Below are positions 54,911 to 64,000 of a DNA stretch of 64,000 nucleotides, piece after piece; position 1 is the stretch's first letter; each line of letters begins with the position of its first letter. The DNA is taken from the sequence record ON529852.1, one strand, 5' to 3'. Both the position numbers and the translations under genes were made by a program. The notes under the pieces were generated by a model. The model did not search any database and was not told the DNA's origin. It saw only the letters and a list, made by a program, of their open reading frames with translations.

Positions 54911-57034
54911 ATGGAGGCCTCGGGCGTCCTGGCTGTCCGGAAATCGTCCACGCACACCTCGCGCAAGACGATTCGCATGCAGATCAACGATCTCTATTCC
55001 GACAAGGTCGGCGCGATCGTGCGCGAGATCACCGCCAACGCCGATGATTCGCACCGTCGCGCCGGTCAGGAGCGACCCTTCTACGTTCACGTCCCCACGG
55101 CCCTGGAGCCGGAGTTCTTCGTGCGCGATTTCGGCTGCGGCATGACCGACCAGGTCATGGAAGAGGTCTACATCGTCATCGGACTGAGCGACAAGGACGA
55201 GAGCGACGCCGAGACCGGCATGTGGGGCCTGGGCTCGAAGACGCCCTTCTCCTACGCGGACCAATACACCATCACCTGCTTCGACGGAGAGACCGCGCGC
55301 CACTACGGCTACGGCATCGCCGATGACGGCATCCCCAATCTCTACACTCTGGCGATCGAGCCTTCCGACGAGCCCTGCGGCGTGCGCATCGGCCTGGCGG
55401 TCGAGGCCCAGGACTTCCACCTGTTCGAGACGGCGGTCAAGCACAGCGCCGTCGCCCATGAAGGTCGGTTCGAGCACAATCTGGGCGAGATCAAAACCGG
55501 ATCGGTGGCCTACCAGGGCGCCGGATGGACCGCGCTCTCCGAGGCCCCCTTGACCGGCGCCAGCACCTACAACGACACCTGGTGGGTGCGACAGGGCTGC
55601 GTCGTCTATCCGCTCAAGGACTCGCAGATCACCCTGCCGCAGAGTTCGCGGATGGACGGGCGGCTCGCCTACATCCTGGACTGCCCGATCGGTTCGGTGC
55701 GCATGACCCCGTCGCGTGAAGCCCTCCAGTATGACGCGGAAGGGGTTGAATACCTCAAGGCGCGCATCGAGAGCGTCAAGGCGGAGATCGGCGACGCCGT
55801 GCATGAGGCGACCAAGGACATCGTTTCGGTCGTCGACTATTTCGAGAAGGTGGCGAAACTCAAGCCCTCCTTCCTCCAGCGCAACTTCACCCACCCGCTC
55901 ACCGGCTTGACGACCAGCGCGCTCCACCTGGGCTGGCCCTCCCTGCTCTACAGCGCCGAACGCCGGGCCTCCGGGGAGTGGGCGTTCGACATGCCGGGCG
56001 CCCTCGACCTGCGCTTCACCCGAACCGATCATCGCCGGGTGTTCATTCTGGACGACATCCAGCCCCTGCTCGATCCGTCGCGAGGGGAAAAGGACGCCAA
56101 GACGGGCGACACCAAATGGCTGACGCGCAGCGAACTGCGCCGGGTGAGCCGTTTCGTGCGTCACTTCCTGGAATCGAAGCGCATCAACAACGCCTACCTG
56201 GTGTGCAACGTCGATTGGAGCGACGAGTTCATCCAGGCCTTTAGCCACCAGAAAGGACATCCGGTCGCCGCCTTCGAGCGACTGTCGTTCGAAGACCTGC
56301 GGGCGGCGGTCCCCCGTCGCGTGGCGCCGCCCACGCCGGCGGCCGCCACGCCTCCTATCCGGGGCCTCGCCCTCGCCAAGGCCGCCGGCGAGCAGAAGCC
56401 GGTGTTCTCGGTGCATGAGGCGAATGAGAAATACGCCTGGGTCGCGTCTGATGAATACCGCAAGCAGGCGGGCGCGCTGTTCAAACTGGCGCGCAAGGCG
56501 GGGGTCGAGGCCCTCTATATCGCCGCCGAAGGCGACGCCCAAAAGCAGGTGATCGACGCGGGGCACCCCCACTTGTCGGTCTTCCTGGAGAAGATGTTCA
56601 CCCGCGCTGGCTGGACCATGGCGACCCATGAGTTCGTGCGCCTGACCTTCCCGTCGGACTACTCGAACAAGACGTCGGAGTTCCTGCGCATGCTGAAGCA
56701 GGTCAACCCCGAACAGTACGACCGCCTCGCCAAGGGCGACGGCGTCTATTCCGAACTGGCGACGGCCTTGAGCAAGGTCATCGCCAAGCCGCTGGTCCCT
56801 TTGACGGACGATGAGCGCCGGGTGATGGAAACCCTGCTGCCCAAGCCCGAGATCAAGGTGACCAAGAAGCTTCAGGCGGCCAAGGTGCTCTACAATTCCC
56901 TGGAGTCCCACTACTACAACCCGACGAGCAAGTTCGTCAGCGAACTGAAACTCACCAAGGACCGGGCCGAGGACTACGTCAGCGCCATTCTGGCGCTCCA
57001 GTCCATCATCCCGCCCACCGCCCGCCACTCCTGA
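54911..57034 (+). CDS. rIIA: rIIA-like protein (GHKL/HSP90-like ATPase domain)
   Basis: DLYSDKVGAIVREITANADDSH, RDFGCGM, GMWGLGSKTPFSYAD. Confidence 0.9.
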   Translation: MEASGVLAVRKSSTHTSRKTIRMQINDLYSDKVGAIVREITANADDSHRRAGQERPFYVHVPTALEPEFFVRDFGCGMTDQVMEEVYIVIGLSDKDESDAETGMWGLGSKTPFSYADQYTITCFDGETARHYGYGIADDGIPNLYTLAIEPSDEPCGVRIGLAVEAQDFHLFETAVKHSAVAHEGRFEHNLGEIKTGSVAYQGAGWTALSEAPLTGASTYNDTWWVRQGCVVYPLKDSQITLPQSSRMDGRLAYILDCPIGSVRMTPSREALQYDAEGVEYLKARIESVKAEIGDAVHEATKDIVSVVDYFEKVAKLKPSFLQRNFTHPLTGLTTSALHLGWPSLLYSAERRASGEWAFDMPGALDLRFTRTDHRRVFILDDIQPLLDPSRGEKDAKTGDTKWLTRSELRRVSRFVRHFLESKRINNAYLVCNVDWSDEFIQAFSHQKGHPVAAFERLSFEDLRAAVPRRVAPPTPAAATPPIRGLALAKAAGEQKPVFSVHEANEKYAWVASDEYRKQAGALFKLARKAGVEALYIAAEGDAQKQVIDAGHPHLSVFLEKMFTRAGWTMATHEFVRLTFPSDYSNKTSEFLRMLKQVNPEQYDRLAKGDGVYSELATALSKVIAKPLVPLTDDERRVMETLLPKPEIKVTKKLQAAKVLYNSLESHYYNPTSKFVSELKLTKDRAEDYVSAILALQSIIPPTARHS

Positions 57035-57047
57035 TCGGACCCCTCTG

Positions 57048-58622
57048 ATGACCGACACCACCGCCACGCCGCCGGCGCCTGCCGCCATGCCGATCGCCTT
57101 CATGATCGGCAAGGAACGCGTCAGCTTCGTGCTGAACTCCCGCCACCGGTCCTACCACCTGAAGTCGCAACAAGGTCAGGACCTCGTTGCCCTGCTGCGC
57201 GCCGAGCCGCAAGACGTCGAACGCATCGGTGAACTGGCCGACATCATCACCTATATCGCCAAGCAGTCGAACGGCCGCGTGACGGTGGATGATTGCGATC
57301 GTCTGCGCCTGGACGGCAAGCTGATCGACTACGGCCTGTCGGGGCGGATGGCCCAGGTCGTTGAGGCGGGCGTACCGTTCGACGCACTCAGCCGCTTCAT
57401 CGAGAAGGTCTCCGAGAACCCCGACAAGACGGTGGCGGAAGACCTTTATCGCTTTATGGAGAAGGGCGGCATCCCGCTGACTCCCGACGGCAACATCCTG
57501 GTCTTCAAGAAGGTCGATCCGAACTACTACTCCTATGCCTCGGGCACCACGATGGCGCGCGCCACCCTGGCCGACGGCACCGTCAAGGAGATGACCGGCA
57601 AGGTTCTCTATCCGTTGGGCGGCTATGTCGAGATGGACCGCGAAGACTGCGATCCGAACCGCCAGCGCACCTGTTCCAAGGGCCTGCACGGCTGCTCGCC
57701 GGAATACCTGAACTTCTGGTACAAGCAGGCCGGCATCGTCCTGATCGGCGAGGTCGACCCCAAGGACGTCACCGCCATCCCGGCGGATCACAACGACCAG
57801 AAGCTGCGCTGCTGCCGCATGAAGATCGTCGGGGAAATCCCCGAGGACGACGCCAAGACCCACTTCCCCTCGGTGGTCGAGCGCCGCTATGAGACGACCT
57901 ACCCGACCTGGGACCTGTCGGACGACGGCCGCCGCGCCGGCGGTCCGGCGCTGGACGCCGAAGGCCGAACGCAGGCCTGGATCAAACGCGACGACGCCAT
58001 GGTTTGGGACGTGGAAGGGGAGGCGGACGACGAGGGCGCCGAGCCCACGGCGCCGGCGGACGCCGTCAACGACCGCATTCCCGCCGAGCCCGATGCGCTG
58101 GAGGGACATACGCCGCTCCAGTTCGTCGCCACGGACGAGGACGACAATGAGTTCGACGCCTGGGGCTGCGGCGAGGGCGAGGGGCTCACCGCCGGCCGTC
58201 AGGACAAGGCGAACGGCTATCCGGCCGACGACACTATCCTCAGCGAACCGCGCAACCTCGACGCCGACGACCTGAAATATTATCGTGAGGGCTATGCCGA
58301 CGGCTACGCCAGGGGTTACGCGGAGCCCGCCGACGAGACCCTGGCCGACGCCGACGGCGAAGGTCGCTGGACCCTGGCGCGCGTGCTCCAGGAGGCCCGC
58401 AAGGCGGGGTCGGACGAGGCCAAGAACAATGCGGTCGCGGACCTGGACTACACCAACGACCCCTGGGACGCCAACGCCCTGGCGACGTTGTCCGAGTGGC
58501 TGAACGACGTCCTGCCGGACGACGCCAATACGGAAGACCACGCCTTCATCAAGGCGTTCGAGCGGGCCTACCGCGACGCCTACCATACGGCCTGGAACGC
58601 GCATGAGGACGCGGCCGCCTGA
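57048..58622 (+). CDS. rIIB: rIIB-like protein with acidic C-terminal extension
   Basis: EDLYRFME, LTPDG..L.FKKV, CSKGLH, VDPKDV..IPAD, KLRCCR. Confidence 0.9.
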   Translation: MTDTTATPPAPAAMPIAFMIGKERVSFVLNSRHRSYHLKSQQGQDLVALLRAEPQDVERIGELADIITYIAKQSNGRVTVDDCDRLRLDGKLIDYGLSGRMAQVVEAGVPFDALSRFIEKVSENPDKTVAEDLYRFMEKGGIPLTPDGNILVFKKVDPNYYSYASGTTMARATLADGTVKEMTGKVLYPLGGYVEMDREDCDPNRQRTCSKGLHGCSPEYLNFWYKQAGIVLIGEVDPKDVTAIPADHNDQKLRCCRMKIVGEIPEDDAKTHFPSVVERRYETTYPTWDLSDDGRRAGGPALDAEGRTQAWIKRDDAMVWDVEGEADDEGAEPTAPADAVNDRIPAEPDALEGHTPLQFVATDEDDNEFDAWGCGEGEGLTAGRQDKANGYPADDTILSEPRNLDADDLKYYREGYADGYARGYAEPADETLADADGEGRWTLARVLQEARKAGSDEAKNNAVADLDYTNDPWDANALATLSEWLNDVLPDDANTEDHAFIKAFERAYRDAYHTAWNAHEDAAA

Positions 58623-59026
58623 TGCCGGTCCTGTTCCAGAAGATCGTCAAACGCGAGGACCTGCGGCGTAATCCGCAGGTGCTCTACGTGTTCGGCGACA
58701 ACGTCCAGCGCGTGGGTCTGGGCGGCCAGGCGGGCGAGATGCGGCGCGAGGTCAACGCGGTCGGCGTGGCGACGAAATACTCGCCCGCCGACTACTTCGG
58801 CGAGGACCCCGCCGAGGTCGCGGCGCAGAACCGGATCATCGACCAGGACATGCGACCCTTGTTCGAGAAGGTGAACCAGGGCGGCATCGTCGTCTGGCCC
58901 GCCGACGGCATCGGCACCGGCCTGGCGGACCTGCCGCGCGTGGCGCCTTCGACCTTCGCCTACCTCAACCAGAAACTGGCGGCCCTGCTGAAGGCGGCCG
59001 ACCTGTTCGACAAGGAGACGGCATGA
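58622..59026 (+). CDS. conserved phage protein, possibly macro-domain-like
   Basis: YVFGDN..RVGLGGQA, WPADGIGTGLA. Confidence 0.7.
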   Translation: MPVLFQKIVKREDLRRNPQVLYVFGDNVQRVGLGGQAGEMRREVNAVGVATKYSPADYFGEDPAEVAAQNRIIDQDMRPLFEKVNQGGIVVWPADGIGTGLADLPRVAPSTFAYLNQKLAALLKAADLFDKETA

Positions 59027-59295
59027 GCCTGCCCGCCCTGACCGTGGACCACTACGGCCGCGCCGCCGAGCGCGCCAAGCCGGTGCTGAAGCGAGGCGAC
59101 AAGGTCTACATGATCGCCCACGGCGCCGACGGCAACGGCTTCGCCACCTACACCTTCGACCACTGGGACGAGCACTCGCCCGGCGGCGACTTCTTCGTCT
59201 CGAAGTCGGGGATCGACGAACTGCACCCCTTCAACATCGCACGCCTCAACGGCGCGACGATCAGCTTCCGGGACGAGGATCATGTCGAGGCCTGA
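59023..59295 (+). CDS. hypothetical protein
   Basis: GGAG RBS. Confidence 0.75.
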   Translation: MSLPALTVDHYGRAAERAKPVLKRGDKVYMIAHGADGNGFATYTFDHWDEHSPGGDFFVSKSGIDELHPFNIARLNGATISFRDEDHVEA

Positions 59296-59515
59296 GCCTG
59301 AAGAAAATCCGTTTGATTCCATCCACGCCTGCATCGCCTTCTCGCCGCGCGACTGGTCGGAAAATCACCGCATGGCGTGGATTTACGGCATCGTGTGTGG
59401 CTGGGACGCCGAGTCGATGAAGGAGGTGGCGGCCAAGCACCGCTGGGGACCGGATGAAGTCGCGCGTCTGAAGCGGCTGCACATCCGCTACCAGGCGCAG
59501 AAGAAGGACGCCTGA
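59282..59515 (+). CDS. conserved small phage protein
   Basis: DWSENHRMAWIYGIVCGWD. Confidence 0.75.
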   Translation: MSRPEPEENPFDSIHACIAFSPRDWSENHRMAWIYGIVCGWDAESMKEVAAKHRWGPDEVARLKRLHIRYQAQKKDA

Positions 59516-59516
59516 C

Positions 59517-60119
59517 ATGGCGAACTACTGGAGCCCGCTCTTCTACACCAAGGCGGACTACGACGGGTTCATGGTCCCGGCGGCCGAGGGCGGCCGAGGC
59601 CCCGACAACGCGCGCCACGAACTGGGGCTGGAGATCGACCACCACGCCGGCATGAAGACGGTGGTGCTGCTGCCGGGCGAGAGCGTCGAGCAGGCCGCCT
59701 ATCGCGCCATGCGTGAGAGCCACGCCTTCCTGACCGACGACAACCACGCCTGGGAGGTCGTTCCGGGCCAGGAGGCGCACTGGATGTCGCGCCTGCGGGT
59801 CATCAAGAACGAGAAGTCCGGCTACTTCACCCGCATCCCCGGCCTGTCGTGGATGATCCTGGAGGACGGCCCCGGCGCCCACTGGTTCGACATGCACTTC
59901 CGCCTCGCCACCGTCGGCATGATCGCCGCCGAGATCGAGGCCGACCGGGTGAAGGCCTTGGAGTATGACGCCGAGGCGGACGCCTGCAACGATTCCATCC
60001 GGGGCCGCAAGCGCGCCCGGACGGCGCGCAACTGCGCCCATTCGGCCCGGTTTCGCGGCGAGATCGCGCCGGGGCGGCGCTGGCCGAACCACTTCACCCG
60101 CGAGGCGGAGGCGGCGTGA
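59517..60119 (+). CDS. hypothetical protein
   Basis: AAGGA RBS. Confidence 0.75.
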   Translation: MANYWSPLFYTKADYDGFMVPAAEGGRGPDNARHELGLEIDHHAGMKTVVLLPGESVEQAAYRAMRESHAFLTDDNHAWEVVPGQEAHWMSRLRVIKNEKSGYFTRIPGLSWMILEDGPGAHWFDMHFRLATVGMIAAEIEADRVKALEYDAEADACNDSIRGRKRARTARNCAHSARFRGEIAPGRRWPNHFTREAEAA

Positions 60120-60670
60120 TGAAGGTCGTCTTGCTGGACGCTGCGGGATCGGTCGTCGGGTATACGGCGGTGGGCGTCTTGCCGGACGAAGTCGCGCAGC
60201 AAATTCCCGATCTTCTGGAGCATCGCGGCGTCTACTACGCCCTGCAACCGCGAGAGGCCTACCCGGAGGCCTTGGGCAACTGCGAGGCGGTCTTCAAGCA
60301 AGCCATCCTGGGCGACATCACGACCCCGGTCTATGCCGACAAGGTCGACGGCCTGGCGCTGAGGACGCTGCAAGACTTGAAGTGGTTTCTGTCGCAACCG
60401 CGCAGCATCGTCCTGATCGATGATCCGCAGACGGAGGCCGTAGTTGCTCGGGGTGAAGCCCTCCTGGCGGCGACGACGCCTCTGCGCCCACACAACGCTC
60501 AGGTCCTTCAGGACCTCCGCGTCGCAGTCGCCGAGGCCCGCTACTGGATGAAACCCGACCCCGGCACTGCCTGGGCCGTGGTTCAGGCGCGTAATCGCCA
60601 TCACATTGCGTCGTCCAAGACCGAATTCGCCCAGGCGATGCTCCACCCGCAAAACGAGGGACACGGATGA
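60116..60670 (+). CDS. hypothetical protein
   Basis: GTGA-coupled. Confidence 0.65.
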   Translation: MMKVVLLDAAGSVVGYTAVGVLPDEVAQQIPDLLEHRGVYYALQPREAYPEALGNCEAVFKQAILGDITTPVYADKVDGLALRTLQDLKWFLSQPRSIVLIDDPQTEAVVARGEALLAATTPLRPHNAQVLQDLRVAVAEARYWMKPDPGTAWAVVQARNRHHIASSKTEFAQAMLHPQNEGHG

Positions 60671-60981
60671 ACTGGATTTTCTACGGGCAGGACCCTGACG
60701 CCCCTCGCGGACCGTGTCGCCGTCGATACCTGCCGATCGCCCTGGCGGCGGCGGCCGCCTTGTCAGGCTGCAAGGGCGTGGCCGAGGAAATCCACGCCGT
60801 CGGCATGCAGGCCCGCGACGATCTGATCGCGGGGAACACCTACCACTACGACCCCCGCGTGAACCTCTGTTTCGCGGTCGGGGCCTACGCCCGCACCGGC
60901 AATTTCACCGACAATCTGACCCAGACCTATGTGCCCTGCACCGACGAGGTCATGGCCCAAGCCCTGAAAGACGCTCCGTGA
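60667..60981 (+). CDS. hypothetical protein, lipobox-like ALSGC
   Basis: LAAAAALSGC. Confidence 0.65.
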   Translation: MNWIFYGQDPDAPRGPCRRRYLPIALAAAAALSGCKGVAEEIHAVGMQARDDLIAGNTYHYDPRVNLCFAVGAYARTGNFTDNLTQTYVPCTDEVMAQALKDAP

Positions 60982-61835
60982 GTTACATCGCCCCCGTCCT
61001 GCCGCACGACGTCTACGGCGAGGCCAATGTGCGCCTCGGCCGCGTCGAGGCTGAAGAGAACGTCACCATCCTGTTCGCGGTGGAGTCTGGATCGCGCGCC
61101 TGGGGCTTCCCTTCACCCGACAGCGACAACGACGTGCGCTTCTTCTACGTGCGTCCGATCAGTCACTACCTGGGCCTGGAGTCTCCGCGCGACGTGATCG
61201 AACGTCCGATCGAGGACCCGTGGGACCTGAACGGCTGGGACCTGCGCAAGGCGCTGCAACTGCTGGTCAAGGGCAACGCCACCGCCATGGAATGGCTGTC
61301 GAGCCCGCTGATCTACCGTGAGCACGGCCCGCTGCCGGCGCGCCTGCGCGACCTGATCAAGCGGCACGCCTCGCCGGAATCCAGCGCGCGACACTACTTC
61401 GGCCTGACCCGGCAATGCTACGCCGGCGAAATCAGCAACCGGCCGACCGCCGCCCAGAACGCCCAGAACGAGGCTGACGGGGTCATCGTCAAGGGCCTGA
61501 CCCAGGTCAACCTGAAGAAGTACCTCTATGCGGTGCGCGGCGCCATGTCGATCGCCTGGATCGCCCGCTACAAGGAGGTGCCGCCGATGACGATGCCGGC
61601 GCTGATGAGCCACGCCGTGGCCTCCGAAGCCGTCGCGGCCGAGATCACCACCCTGCTGCGGCGCAAGTCGACCATGGGCGAGTTCGGTCACGGCGACCGC
61701 ATCGCGGTGCTGGATGAGTTCATCGAAGCCCAGATGGAATGGGTCAAGGCCCAGGGCTTCGACCGGCTGCCGATGAGCGAGGCCTTCGCCGCCGAGGCCG
61801 AACAGCTTCTGCTCGACGCCCTGGGGATCGGCTGA
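60978..61835 (+). CDS. predicted nucleotidyltransferase (Pol beta superfamily, YcgL-like)
   Basis: VESGSRAWGFPSPDSDNDVRF, WDLRKAL, NAT..EWL.SP, KKYLY. Confidence 0.88.
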   Translation: MSYIAPVLPHDVYGEANVRLGRVEAEENVTILFAVESGSRAWGFPSPDSDNDVRFFYVRPISHYLGLESPRDVIERPIEDPWDLNGWDLRKALQLLVKGNATAMEWLSSPLIYREHGPLPARLRDLIKRHASPESSARHYFGLTRQCYAGEISNRPTAAQNAQNEADGVIVKGLTQVNLKKYLYAVRGAMSIAWIARYKEVPPMTMPALMSHAVASEAVAAEITTLLRRKSTMGEFGHGDRIAVLDEFIEAQMEWVKAQGFDRLPMSEAFAAEAEQLLLDALGIG

Positions 61836-62050
61836 TGGGGATGCTTCGTCTGCGCATCGTCGAGGTCGGCGCCGAAGGCGGCTTCCTGATCGAGCGGCGC
61901 CGGTGGTGGGGATGGGACGCCGTCGCCGTGCATGATTCTGTGTCCGAAGCCCATGACGACGCGATCGCCATGGGCGTGATGTGGAGGCGGGTCCGAGGCT
62001 ACGTGGATGCGGCCCGCGTGCGCGTCGTTGCGAACCACGCCTACGCATGA
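61835..62050 (+). CDS. hypothetical protein
   Basis: TGATG coupled; FLIERRRWWGW. Confidence 0.65.
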   Translation: MGMLRLRIVEVGAEGGFLIERRRWWGWDAVAVHDSVSEAHDDAIAMGVMWRRVRGYVDAARVRVVANHAYA

Positions 62051-62298
62051 GCGCCCAGGCCATTCATCTGCTGGCGTTGATCGTGCTGTTTCCGGCCACG
62101 ATCGCGTCGTTCGTCTGGTTCCTCATGGCGTGGGGATTCCGGGGCGGCTTCGGCGTCACCTGGCGCTCGGTCGCCCTGTCCGGCGGCGTCTTCCTGACGC
62201 TGTTCATCGCCCTGGGCGTGGTCCTCTACCATCCCTACGCCCTGCCGACCCTCCTGTCCGGCATCGTCCTGCCGCCCAACCCTTTCAAGGTGACCTAA
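62047..62298 (+). CDS. membrane protein
   Basis: two hydrophobic helices. Confidence 0.7.
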   Translation: MSAQAIHLLALIVLFPATIASFVWFLMAWGFRGGFGVTWRSVALSGGVFLTLFIALGVVLYHPYALPTLLSGIVLPPNPFKVT

Positions 62299-62299
62299 T

Positions 62300-62641
62300 A
62301 TGTTGACCCAGGTCTACTGTGCTCAGAAGACAATCGACGAACGCGGGACGCGCGGCGCCGTCGTCGGTTACTATCGCTCCGAAATCGCCGCAAAGGTGGC
62401 GGCGGAGAAACAAGGCTGGTACGGCGGCGACGGGCAAGTCTCGCGTTGTTGGGTCATTACCGTGGCTGGCCGCTTCTATCCGATTGAGCAGTATCAGGAA
62501 AAGGGCGTGCCGGTCGACCTGCTCGACAAGAATATCCCATTGGAACTCAAACGGCGGCGCGAGGTGGCCTGGGTCAAGGTCACCGAGGCGCTCAGCCCCG
62601 ATGAACGGGACCTCCTCGGCATTACGGAGCCGCAGGCATGA
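62300..62641 (+). CDS. hypothetical protein, atypical codon usage
   Basis: AAEKQGWYGGDG motif. Confidence 0.7.
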   Translation: MLTQVYCAQKTIDERGTRGAVVGYYRSEIAAKVAAEKQGWYGGDGQVSRCWVITVAGRFYPIEQYQEKGVPVDLLDKNIPLELKRRREVAWVKVTEALSPDERDLLGITEPQA

Positions 62642-63003
62642 GCAATCCCGTCGTCCTGATCGTCGAGGAGACGATCCAGCGCGCCTATAAGCTGGACCTT
62701 GACGATCCCGCCCACGTCGAATTGGTGGACCGGGTGCTGAACAACCCACTGGAACGCCCGGCGGTGTTCGCCTTCGAGCGCCACACCCCGCCGGCGCTGC
62801 TGGACAAGCGCGCCCTCAAGGGCAACCGCACGCCCTGGATCAGCGCGACGAACACCAAGGGCCACCAGGTGCGTCTGGACCCTGTCGCCGAACACGCCGT
62901 CAACTCGATGATGACGTTGCTGCACGTCGACGAGAAGGGCAAGGCCTATCACCAGGTCAAGGTGAAGCGCACCACGGTGGAACGCGGGCCGGTGAAGTCG
63001 TGA
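62638..63003 (+). CDS. hypothetical protein
   Basis: ATGA-coupled. Confidence 0.75.
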   Translation: MSNPVVLIVEETIQRAYKLDLDDPAHVELVDRVLNNPLERPAVFAFERHTPPALLDKRALKGNRTPWISATNTKGHQVRLDPVAEHAVNSMMTLLHVDEKGKAYHQVKVKRTTVERGPVKS

Positions 63004-63317
63004 GTTCGGCGATGCTGTGTCCTGAAAACGCCATGACGGTGGTCGGCGCGCCGCGCGACAAGAGCGGCCCGATCATCCTGCGCCTGCACGCCAGTCACTA
63101 CGCCCAGGCGGTGCAGGCGCTCCTGGAAGAGACGGCCGCCGACCTGCGCGACGACCTGAGCCCCGAGGAGGAGGCGGACCCGCAGGCCCAGGCGGACGCG
63201 GACCACCAGGCCTGGAACGACGCCTGCGATCACTTCACCTCGGTGAAGGTCTATCGCGGACACCCGCTTGAAGGGTCGGACGTCGTGACGCCGCTCCAAC
63301 TGATCCACGAGGAATAG
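63000..63317 (+). CDS. acidic hypothetical protein
   Basis: GTGA-coupled. Confidence 0.7.
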   Translation: MSSAMLCPENAMTVVGAPRDKSGPIILRLHASHYAQAVQALLEETAADLRDDLSPEEEADPQAQADADHQAWNDACDHFTSVKVYRGHPLEGSDVVTPLQLIHEE

Positions 63318-63560
63318 ATGCACCCTGGATTCTATGTCGTGCGGATGCCGAAGAACGGCGCCGGCAGCCGCTTGATTGTGGAGAGCCGACCGTTCCGAAA
63401 GATCGCCTGGATCGAGGCGGAAGAGCCCGGCTACGCGCGCCGCCAGGCCGAAAGCTGGCGTGACTTCGTCCAGGACGAGCATCCCAAGGACGACGTCTTC
63501 GTCATCGAGCGTGAAGGCCCGATGGACGAATCCCCGCGTCCTCCTCGGCGGACGGACTGA
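63318..63560 (+). CDS. hypothetical protein
   Basis: GAGGA RBS. Confidence 0.7.
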   Translation: MHPGFYVVRMPKNGAGSRLIVESRPFRKIAWIEAEEPGYARRQAESWRDFVQDEHPKDDVFVIEREGPMDESPRPPRRTD

Positions 63561-64000
63561 TGAAACCGCCCTGCAAGAAACGCTTCCTGGCGAAGTCCAT
63601 CCAGGACTTGGGGGAGTTCACGCGCCATTACGGCCTGACGCCGCCCGAGGGCCATGACCTTAGCCTGAAGGCTCTGGAGCAGAAATCCTGGGCGTGGTTC
63701 GCCAAATCGCTTCACGACGTCAGTGGCGAGATTTACAGCGCCAGCATCGACGCCTACCTGCGCCCGATGGATCGTCAGTGGGGCACGGCCATGGCGATCG
63801 CCTACGAGCCTGTGCGCGTCGGCGGGCTGGTCTTCATTTGGGACGCGCGTCCCTGTGGAAATCTGGAGCGCTACTTGGACGCCGTCGGCGTCCTGGTGGA
63901 GATCGATCGGGAGAAGAACCCCAACCGCCTCTACGAGGATGACGGCGGACCCGCCCGTTGCGGTCAGCGCTACCACCTCCAGAAACTGGACGGGTCAACC
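63560..64000 (+). CDS. hypothetical protein, truncated by window end (MKPPCKKRFLAKS...)
   Basis: TGATG coupled; open to window end; read manually. Confidence 0.6.
   Translation, partial: MKPPCKKRFLAKSIQDLGEFTRHYGLTPPEGHDLSLKALEQKSWAWFAKSLHDVSGEIYSASIDAYLRPMDRQWGTAMAIAYEPVRVGGLVFIWDARPCGNLERYLDAVGVLVEIDREKNPNRLYEDDGGPARCGQRYHLQKLDGST

Overview
A 64 kb, very GC-rich (visual estimate about two-thirds G+C), densely coding segment of a large tailed-phage genome. Gene content (rIIA/rIIB, ATP-dependent ligase, AEP primase-helicase-like protein, rtcB, many short hypothetical ORFs) and a perfect CtrA box point to a jumbo phage of Caulobacterales (Caulobacter/Brevundimonas); the host assignment is inference. 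No capsid/terminase/tail module, tRNA, rRNA or CRISPR array was recognised, so this is accessory, early and replication territory. Layout: 1-14 kb leftward genes (Nudix, ABC-like ATPase, C2H2-DUF4326, HNH, minimal class II aminoacyl-tRNA-synthetase-like protein, BCS1-like AAA, triple-HTH, AlkB); a stand-alone cadherin-repeat protein (14.2-17.4 kb); a ter/tel stress island followed by rtcB (18.9-26.3 kb); a MazG / I78 inhibitor / phosphoesterase / SpoT-type HD cluster (26.8-30.2 kb); a CtrA-box-preceded flotillin and an NMNAT-Nudix + NAMPT NAD salvage pair (34.5-39 kb); ligase and YqeY (43-46 kb); a candidate ~190 nt ncRNA, primase and tyrosine recombinase (48.7-53.5 kb); rIIA/rIIB and small ORFs to the end. 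The intergenic DNA shows at least three distinct repeated sigma70-type promoter classes. Strongest novelty candidates: the stand-alone structured RNA, the TGCCGT-N5-TTGAC regulon that includes it, the TelA paralogue with six DMEALVRR repeats, the minimal aaRS core and the CtrA-linked flotillin. All family calls come from motif recognition by eye; no database search was run.
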